From contig JBJXGK010000076.1 of assembly GCA_046153705.1 (NCBI GenBank), positions 1,247 through 65,246 of the forward strand: a DNA stretch of 64,000 bases, read 5' to 3'. The notes under the pieces were generated by a model that ran no database searches, was not told where the DNA came from, and worked only from the letters and a program-made list of their open reading frames with translations. The number at the start of each line of letters is the position of its first letter. The first letter of the stretch is position 1. This document shows positions 18,250-25,067 of this stretch, in pieces. A program made the position numbers and the translations under genes. This DNA is from Gemmatimonadaceae bacterium. Its GTDB lineage: Bacteria; Gemmatimonadota; Gemmatimonadetes; Gemmatimonadales; Gemmatimonadaceae.

Positions 18250-19464
18250 TCAAACGACCGAGGCGAGATCCACGCCGCGCGTCGTGAGCACGCGCGCGAC
18301 GGTCTCGCCGATCTTGTTGTTGGGCGTGCTCGCGCCCGCCGTGAGTCCCACACGCACCGGTCCTTCCATCGGTAGCCAATCCAGGGTCTCGACTTCCTTC
18401 CCCGTGAGGAGATCGCGGTGCCGGATCAGCGGGCGCTCGGTATCGATCCCCGCCGCATCGCCGATGTGGAACGTGCGCACCTTCTCCGCACACAACGCGG
18501 CCAGGGAGATCGTGTTGCTCGAGTTGTAGCCGCCGACCACGAGCATCACGTCGAGCGGCTCCTTGAGGAGTGCGTTCACCGCATCCTGCCGGTCCTGCGT
18601 CGCCGAGCAGATGGTATCGAACGTGCGGAAGTGCGTGGCACGATGCGCCTCACCGTAGCGCCGAGCCATCGCCTGTCCCACCGCCTCGCCGATCGCCAAC
18701 GACTCGCGCGCCAACATGGTCGTCTGGTTCGCGACCCCGATCCGCAGCAGGTGCTCGTCGGGGTCGAAATGCGGCGACGCCGCGTGCGCATACTTCGCGA
18801 CGAACCCCTCTTTGCCGCCGGCGAACGTCCCTTCGATATACGCCATCACATCTTCGGCCTGCGCCATGTCGCGCACGACCAGATAGGTCCCGCCGGGGAA
18901 GCGCTCCACCTGCGATGCCGTCGCGCGCGTCTCCTCATGGTAGTACTTGCCGTGGATGAGCGAAGTGAACCCGTCCTTGGCATACGACTCGACGCGCTTC
19001 CACACGTTCAGCACCGAACCACAGGTGGTGTCGACCATCACACAGCCCAGCGCGCGCAGCGTATCGAAATCGTGGACGGTCACACCGAACGCCGGCAGGA
19101 TCACCACGTCCTCCGGCTGCACACTGGAATAGTCGAACCCCTTCTCGCTCGCGCCGAGGAAGACGATCCCCATCTCCTTCAACTTGGCGTTCACATGCGG
19201 GTTGTGGATGATCTCACCCGCCAGGCAGATGCGACGGTCCGGGAACTTCGCGCGCGTCTGATACGCATATTCGACCGCGCGCTCCACGCCGTAGCAGAAA
19301 CCGAACTCCTTCGCCAACCGGATCGTGACCGGGCCTGCCACGAGCGTGTGTTCACGCGCAAGGAGAAGGTCGACCAGTTGACCATCGTAGTCGGCGGTGA
19401 GGGTGTCCTTCACCTCGGACTTGAGGCCGAACCCTTTTCGGAAATACGTGGACTCAGGAGCCAT
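18250..19464 (-). CDS. ispH: 4-hydroxy-3-methylbut-2-enyl diphosphate reductase (LytB)
   Basis: FGFCYGVERAV, GEIIHNPHV, DTTCG, DTICSATQDRQ, GGYNSSNT and GLTAGASTP; start ATG 19464. Confidence 0.96.
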   Translation of the reverse strand: MAPESTYFRKGFGLKSEVKDTLTADYDGQLVDLLLAREHTLVAGPVTIRLAKEFGFCYGVERAVEYAYQTRAKFPDRRICLAGEIIHNPHVNAKLKEMGIVFLGASEKGFDYSSVQPEDVVILPAFGVTVHDFDTLRALGCVMVDTTCGSVLNVWKRVESYAKDGFTSLIHGKYYHEETRATASQVERFPGGTYLVVRDMAQAEDVMAYIEGTFAGGKEGFVAKYAHAASPHFDPDEHLLRIGVANQTTMLARESLAIGEAVGQAMARRYGEAHRATHFRTFDTICSATQDRQDAVNALLKEPLDVMLVVGGYNSSNTISLAALCAEKVRTFHIGDAAGIDTERPLIRHRDLLTGKEVETLDWLPMEGPVRVGLTAGASTPNNKIGETVARVLTTRGVDLASVV

Positions 19465-19564
19465 AGGAAGGAAAGATAAGGGCGACCCGGGGCGACCGCT
19501 CGGTAGCGGGCGCTCCTCTGGGACCGCTCGCGCCGCCGCCCCAGCCGGGATAACTTCGCGGGGG

Positions 19565-21037
19565 ATGACCGACCACTTCGACCTCTGCGTCATCGGCGGC
19601 GGCCCCGCCGGCGAGAAGGGCGCTGCTCAGGCGGCGTACTTCGGCAAATCCGTCTGCCTCATCGAACGCGCCCCGAAGCTCGGCGGTGCCGCGGTGAACA
19701 CGGGTACCATCCCGTCCAAGACGCTCCGCGAGACGGCACTCTACTTCAGTGGCCTCCGGCAGCGCGGCCTCTACGGCGTCGAATACCGCGTGAAACCCGA
19801 TATCACGATCGGGGACTTCATGTTCCGTGAGCGGCTCGTCGTCGACGCGGCCTGGCAGCAGATCGAGCAGAACGTCGATCGCCACCACATCACGCGCGTG
19901 CAGGGACAAGCGCACTTCGTCAGTCCGGAGACTGTCGAGGTCGATCGCTACAAGGAGGCCCCGCGCCGCATCAGTGCCGAGGTATTCCTCATCGCGAGCG
20001 GTTCACATCCGGCCCATCCACCGGAGATCCCGTTCGACGGACGCGTGGTCGTCAACTCCGACGACATCCTCAGCCTGCCCGCCATCCCGGAGCGTCTCAT
20101 CGTCATCGGGGGCGGGGTGATCGGTTGTGAATACGCCGGCATCTTCGCCGCCCTCGGCGTGCGCGTCACGGTCGTCAACGCGCGTGAGCGCCTGCTCATG
20201 CAGCTCGACGCCGACCTCTCCGACGCGCTCCGCCAGGAGATGACCCGGCGACTCGGGGTCCAGGTCGTGCTCGATGCGATGGTGACCCGCGTGACGGTCG
20301 ATGGACATCTGGCCACGGTCACGCTCAACGACGGACGCGAACTCAACGCCGACTGCGTGCTCTACTGCGCTGGACGCGAAGGCCACACGGTCGACCTCGG
20401 CCTGCAAACCGCGGGCGTGGACGTGAATCCGCGTGGATTCATCCAAGTGAACGAACACTTCCGCACTACGCGCACGCATATCTTCGCCGCCGGCGACGTC
20501 ATCGGTTTCCCGGCCCTCGCCAGTACCGCGATGGAACAGGCGCGCGTTGCGATGTGTCACGCGTTCGACCTCAAGTACAAGACCAACGTCTCCAACGTCG
20601 TGCCCTACGGCGTGTGGACGATCCCAGAGATCGCCACGGTCGGGCTCGGTGAGGACGCGGCGCGCGCACGTGGCATGACGGTCGAGGTCGGCAAGGCGTC
20701 GTTCCGCGAGAACCCGCGCGGCCAGATCATCGGCGAGACCGAGGGCTTTGTGAAACTCGTCTTCCGCACCGATGACCATCGCCTCGTCGGGGCGAGCGTG
20801 CTCGGCGAAGGCGCGTGCGAGCTCGTGCACATTCCGGCAGCGGTCATCCAGCTCGGCGGCACGCTCGACTACTTCATCCAGTGCGTCTTCAACTACCCGA
20901 CACTCTCGGACGCCTTCAAGTACGCCGCGTATGATGGACTACAGCGCCTGCAGAAACGCGTGAGCAAAGCCATGGAGCCGCACAGCCGCAGTTCCTCCGG
21001 CGAACACACTAGCGCGCCGAGACCAGATACGGCCTGA
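19565..21037 (+). CDS. sthA: Soluble Si-specific NAD(P)+ transhydrogenase
   Basis: Flavoprotein disulfide-reductase fold (GGGPAG, GGGVIGCE, FAAGDVIG, FNYPTLS). GGAAVNTGTIPSKTLRE lacks the redox CxxxxC, which is SthA-like rather than Lpd-like. Confidence 0.88.
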   Translation: MTDHFDLCVIGGGPAGEKGAAQAAYFGKSVCLIERAPKLGGAAVNTGTIPSKTLRETALYFSGLRQRGLYGVEYRVKPDITIGDFMFRERLVVDAAWQQIEQNVDRHHITRVQGQAHFVSPETVEVDRYKEAPRRISAEVFLIASGSHPAHPPEIPFDGRVVVNSDDILSLPAIPERLIVIGGGVIGCEYAGIFAALGVRVTVVNARERLLMQLDADLSDALRQEMTRRLGVQVVLDAMVTRVTVDGHLATVTLNDGRELNADCVLYCAGREGHTVDLGLQTAGVDVNPRGFIQVNEHFRTTRTHIFAAGDVIGFPALASTAMEQARVAMCHAFDLKYKTNVSNVVPYGVWTIPEIATVGLGEDAARARGMTVEVGKASFRENPRGQIIGETEGFVKLVFRTDDHRLVGASVLGEGACELVHIPAAVIQLGGTLDYFIQCVFNYPTLSDAFKYAAYDGLQRLQKRVSKAMEPHSRSSSGEHTSAPRPDTA

Positions 21038-21449
21038 GCGCGTCCTTCACGAAGTCCGGCAACGGCCGCTTCGTGATCGTCTCCTTCTCCACGCAGACCA
21101 CCGTCAGCGTCGCCGACGCGCGATGCGCCAGGTCGCGCGCGCGATATGCCTCGAATCGCAGCGTGAGTGAGGTCTCGCCGAACCGGGCCACCCCTACGCG
21201 GATCTCCATCAGTTCATCCATCTCGGCCGGCGAGTGGAACTCCACCTGGAACGCCTTCCGCGGCAGTTGCACCTGCCGCTGTACCCGCATCACCTCATAC
21301 GGCAGTCCCGCCTGCCGGAACATCTCGTGCTCCGCCGCCTCGAAGAAGCGGATATACGTGCCATAGTAGATGATGCCGAGCGGATCGCAGTCGCTCCAGC
21401 GCACGCGCTCTTGAACCGCGAAGGGGAGGGTCGGTCCGGCGATTGTCAC
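21009..21449 (-). CDS. Acyl-CoA thioesterase (4HBT/YbgC hot-dog family)
   Basis: VRWSDCDPLGIIYYGTYIRFFE; start refined to GTG 21449. Confidence 0.9.
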   Translation of the reverse strand: MTIAGPTLPFAVQERVRWSDCDPLGIIYYGTYIRFFEAAEHEMFRQAGLPYEVMRVQRQVQLPRKAFQVEFHSPAEMDELMEIRVGVARFGETSLTLRFEAYRARDLAHRASATLTVVCVEKETITKRPLPDFVKDALRPYLVSAR

Positions 21450-21566
21450 AGGAGGTTTCCTGACAACGGGTGAGTGAGAACGCTTACTGGCGCACGCTCT
21501 GCCAAGATTAACTTGATTGAGCGCGGGTGCGATGGGCACCCGCTCCTCCCGCAACCGGAGCGCTCC

Positions 21567-22487
21567 ATGCTGCGCACACTCCTGGTCCCCCTCGACGGCT
21601 CGACACTCGCCGAGCGCGCCTTGCCGATCGCCTGTGACATCGCGCGCCGCACGGGTGGCGTCGTCCATCTCGTCCGCACCCATGTGCCGATCGCCGTCAT
21701 CGGTGCCACCGCCGAAGGGGCCATCTTCTCGCAGGACATGCTCGCGGCCGACGACGCTCTCCGGCAGCGGGCACGGAAGTACGCCGAGGAACTGAGCACA
21801 CGACTCGGGGCGGAGTGGGGGCTGCGCGTGCAGTGGCACGTCGAAGACGGCACCCCGGCCGGACTCGTCACGGACATCGCTGATCGGATCAGCGCCGACC
21901 TCATCGTGATGACCACACACGGTGCCGGCGGCTTCACCCCCGACTGGCTCGGGTCCGTCGCCGACTCGGTCATCCGACACTCGCACCGCCCGGTGCTCGC
22001 GCTCCCCGAGAACGATGCCCATCTGGGCGAGCCGTTCACGCCGCGGCGCATCCTCGTCACGCTGGATGGTAGTCCGCGGGCGGAGACGATCCTGCCGGTG
22101 GTGCGCGACCTCGCGGTCGCCTTCGGCGCACACATCGAACTCGTGCGCGTGGTGGCGCCCTTCGTGCCGGGCGATTCGCTCGACATCCTCTCCGCGGAGC
22201 GCCCGGACCCGTTCGGCGTCGACGCGGAGACGATCGCTGCGAAAGCGAGTCTGGACCGCCTGGCGAAGGACCTCGAGCGTGACGGGGTGAAGACCACCGC
22301 CACCGTCCGGGTCGAACTCTCGCCCACGCGCACCCTGATCGACCACGTGAAGGAGACGAATCCCGATTGCCTCGCCATCTCGACGCAGGGGCGCGGCTTC
22401 TCGCGGATCTTCCTCGGCTCCGTGGCCGACAAGCTCATCCGTTCGGCGCAGCGGCCTGTGCTGGTGCTCAGACCCCCGAAGGGGTGA
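21567..22487 (+). CDS. Universal stress protein with tandem Usp domains
   Basis: LLVPLDGS...DLIVMTTHG...LGSVADSVIR and ILVTLDGS...STQGRG...LGSVADKLIR; GGAG RBS before ATG 21567. Confidence 0.93.
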   Translation: MLRTLLVPLDGSTLAERALPIACDIARRTGGVVHLVRTHVPIAVIGATAEGAIFSQDMLAADDALRQRARKYAEELSTRLGAEWGLRVQWHVEDGTPAGLVTDIADRISADLIVMTTHGAGGFTPDWLGSVADSVIRHSHRPVLALPENDAHLGEPFTPRRILVTLDGSPRAETILPVVRDLAVAFGAHIELVRVVAPFVPGDSLDILSAERPDPFGVDAETIAAKASLDRLAKDLERDGVKTTATVRVELSPTRTLIDHVKETNPDCLAISTQGRGFSRIFLGSVADKLIRSAQRPVLVLRPPKG

Positions 22488-23022
22488 CGGCGTAGAGCGC
22501 AGGAGTCACGAACGGGGCCATCGCATAGGTGACGAGCACTTCGTACGCCGCCTGTCGGTCGATGCGCCCCGCGGTGAGGATGCCAACCGCGCCCTTGCCG
22601 TGTTTGGTGCCGCGCTCCGCCACGAGCGCGTCCATTGCGTGGCCGAGTTCGGTTCCGGAGCGGACCATCGCCGCCACGGCGTCGGGGAGCGGCATGGCGA
22701 GTGAGCCGCCGACACCCTCGCGCCCGTCGCGGTGCACGACCACGCACCACGCACAGGATCGCATTCCGCTCGCAGACTCCACGACGCCGCCCTCGAGCCC
22801 CACGCCAAGGTCGGCGTCGAGTGCTTCACGCGCCGCGCGGGCGCGGTTGCGCGCCCCGGCGATGGTCTCGTCGTCGCCGAACGGTTGGTCAGGCACGCCG
22901 GACGCCACCGCGATCGGTTCGATCGTCGCGGAGGGTGTCGCCCACGCGAGCACGGTGCGCACGGCACCCAGCTTCACCGGATTCGCCGAACCCACGGCGA
23001 CGCGGAGGGTCATGTCAGTCAT
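22468..23022 (-). CDS. yjjX: Non-canonical purine NTP phosphatase (inosine/xanthosine triphosphatase)
   Basis: VGSANPVK, SGVPDQP, GARNRA, GVGLEGG and GAVGILT. Confidence 0.92.
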   Translation of the reverse strand: MTDMTLRVAVGSANPVKLGAVRTVLAWATPSATIEPIAVASGVPDQPFGDDETIAGARNRARAAREALDADLGVGLEGGVVESASGMRSCAWCVVVHRDGREGVGGSLAMPLPDAVAAMVRSGTELGHAMDALVAERGTKHGKGAVGILTAGRIDRQAAYEVLVTYAMAPFVTPALYAVTPSGV

Positions 23023-23058
23023 CCGCCAAATCTGACGAGTCGGCGCTATCTTCGCTCG

Positions 23059-23703
23059 ATGGCTCCCCGAGCGCGCCACGAGAGCGGTCCGGACCCCGTC
23101 TTCATCGGCGGTCGGCTCTGGCTCGACTTCATCAACACCGATGATGCGCGACTCGGCGTCCGGGTCGATACCATCGCCGCGTTCGAGCCGTTCGTGCGAT
23201 GGCTCGCTGCGGCGCGGGTGATCGATTCGGAGCGCGCCGACGCACTGCTCCGTCGTGCGGCCGAGCAACCCTCCGGCGCCACCGCGGCATTAGTGGAGAC
23301 GCGGCGCGTGCGCGCGGCCCTGCGCGCACTGGTCGAACGAGGTCGCGGCGAGACCGCCGAGCGCGTGCGCGAAGCGGCGCTCGCGGAGATCAATCGTATC
23401 CTCGGCCGCTCCGTGGGCACGCGGCGCGTCGAGTCACGGACCGACGGCGGCTACGTGCGGAGCTTCGTTCCGGTGGGCGACGTGTTCGGCGGACTGGTGA
23501 TCCCCGTGGTCGAATCGGCGGTCGACTCCCTCGTGAACGACGAGCTGTCGCGCATCCATCGCTGCTCCGACCGCCGCTGTCCACGGTACTTCATCGACCT
23601 CACCCGCTCCCACACCCGCCGCTGGTGCGACATGCGCACCTGCGGCAATCGTGCTAAAGCGCAGCGCTCGCGAGAGCAGGGACGCCGCCCTTCGCGGGCT
23701 TGA
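23059..23703 (+). CDS. ABATE-domain / CGNR zinc-finger protein (putative regulator)
   Basis: N-terminal LWLDFINT; C-terminal RCSDRRC..YFID....RRWCDMRTCGNRAK. Confidence 0.9.
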   Translation: MAPRARHESGPDPVFIGGRLWLDFINTDDARLGVRVDTIAAFEPFVRWLAAARVIDSERADALLRRAAEQPSGATAALVETRRVRAALRALVERGRGETAERVREAALAEINRILGRSVGTRRVESRTDGGYVRSFVPVGDVFGGLVIPVVESAVDSLVNDELSRIHRCSDRRCPRYFIDLTRSHTRRWCDMRTCGNRAKAQRSREQGRRPSRA

Positions 23704-24289
23704 TGTAGCCCATCAGCTCGGCGTACTCGCGCAGCTGGGCCTGCAGCAGGCGACGACCGCGGAACAGCCGCGACTTCACCGTGCCTTCCGGAACACCGAG
23801 CACCCGCGCGATCTCGGCGTACTTGAGGCCGTGGAGATCGCTCATCACCACCGCCGAGCGATACTCGTCCGGCAGCGCGTGGATCGCTTCGACGATCTCC
23901 GCATCCAGGAACGAGTCGTAGAACTTGCCTTCCGGATCAGCGTCGCCCACCGGCTCGAACACCGCACGGCCGTCCTCGTCCTCGAGCGGCTGCACTTCAC
24001 GCGCATCGATCCGACGCTTCCGGGACACGAACGCGTGATAGAGGATGGTGAAGAGCCACGCACGGATGTTGGTGCCGAGCCGGTACTGCTCCCAGCGCTG
24101 GAAAGCGCGGAGCATCGTGTCGGACACGAGATCCTCGGCTTCGTCGCGCGCGCGGGTAAGCTTGAGTGCGAACGAGTACAGGGCGTCGAGATGACGCACC
24201 GCTTCGTCGTCGAACTTCGCACGCGCTTCGGCACGCTCCCGATCGGGCGAGCGTTCGAAGATGCCGTAACCTGCGGCCATGGTTGCCAT
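23654..24289 (-). CDS. ECF sigma-70 factor (SigH/SigR-like)
   Basis: EAEDLV, TNIRAWLFTIL (region 2) and YAEIARVLGVPEGTVKSRLFRGR (region 4); AGAGGA RBS before ATG 24289. Confidence 0.92.
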   Translation of the reverse strand: MATMAAGYGIFERSPDRERAEARAKFDDEAVRHLDALYSFALKLTRARDEAEDLVSDTMLRAFQRWEQYRLGTNIRAWLFTILYHAFVSRKRRIDAREVQPLEDEDGRAVFEPVGDADPEGKFYDSFLDAEIVEAIHALPDEYRSAVVMSDLHGLKYAEIARVLGVPEGTVKSRLFRGRRLLQAQLREYAELMGYIKPAKGGVPALASAAL

Positions 24290-24305
24290 TTGTCCTCTCT
24301 CCGAC

Positions 24306-24902
24306 CTAGTAGGAGACCGGGCGACGCACATGCCCGGCCACGAATCGCTTCAGGTCCATCGCCACGCCGTGCATCACGCTCACATCGCGCTTCACGCGCG
24401 CCATCGTCGTGGCCCCTTCGAGCGTCGCCACGATGAACCGTGAGAGCCGCTTGGGGTCCGCGTCGTCTTCGAGCCGGTCCTGCACCTGCTCCAGCAACTC
24501 GGCGATCTCCGTGGTCCAGTTGCGGAACACGCGGGCGATGCGGATGCGGAAGCCTTCTTCCTTCTCGGCCATCTCCGTCGCGAGTGCGCCGAACGGCGAC
24601 CCCGCCTTCATGCCGCGCTCCACCTGCATCGCGACCACCGAGTCGATGAAGACGTTCAGTCGCTCGATCGGGTCGAGCGTGCTCTCCCGCAGGATCGAGA
24701 GACCTCGCTCGCCGACCAAGTCGAGCTGCCGGGCGAGTACCTCGTGCCCGAGCTCTTCCTTCGACTTGAAGTAGTGATAGAAGTGGCTCTTGCCGCTGAG
24801 ACCGGCACGAGCGATGACGTCGTCCACGGAGGTCTGGACGAAGCCTTTCTCGGCGATGAGCTCCGAGGCGGCATCTAGGATTTGAAAGCGGCGAGGATTC
24901 AC
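24306..24902 (-). CDS. TetR family regulator (NemR/LmrA/YxaF-like C-terminus)
   Basis: HTH GFVQTSVDDVIARAGLSGKSHFYHYFKSKEEL; C-terminal LEGATTMAR. Confidence 0.92.
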   Translation of the reverse strand: MNPRRFQILDAASELIAEKGFVQTSVDDVIARAGLSGKSHFYHYFKSKEELGHEVLARQLDLVGERGLSILRESTLDPIERLNVFIDSVVAMQVERGMKAGSPFGALATEMAEKEEGFRIRIARVFRNWTTEIAELLEQVQDRLEDDADPKRLSRFIVATLEGATTMARVKRDVSVMHGVAMDLKRFVAGHVRRPVSY

Positions 24903-24909
24903 GGAGGGG

Positions 24910-24938
24910 AAACTAGGACTGGTGAGTCCAAACTCCAA
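24910..24938 (-). promoter_or_regulatory. Predicted sigma70 promoter of tetR (TTGGAG-N17-TAGTTT, leaderless) with a palindromic operator in the spacer
   Basis: -35 at 24933-24938 and -10 at 24910-24915, 7 nt before GTG 24902. Inverted repeat TAGGACT-GGTG-AGTCCAA at 24914-24931. Confidence 0.7.
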
Positions 24939-25002
24939 ATTCTTCTTCCAACTGTCTTCTAAAGCGTTAAAAATCAAACAGTTAAAGGTTGAACAAGAAT
25001 TA

Positions 25003-25032
25003 GGACCGCGAGCGAAATCCGCTCTGCGGTCC
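25003..25032 (-). terminator. Intrinsic terminator downstream of the helicase gene
   Basis: GGACCGC-GAGCG/AAATC/CGCTC-T-GCGGTCC hairpin followed on the minus strand by TAATTCTTGTT. Confidence 0.7.
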
Positions 25033-25067
25033 CGAAAAGTGTACCCAAAGTACTAAACCGCAACTGT

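Noticed and set aside
24903-25067. AT-rich island suggesting horizontally acquired DNA
   Set aside because: Only about 160 bp, and fully explained by a terminator plus promoter and operator; the flanking genes have normal GC-rich codon usage.
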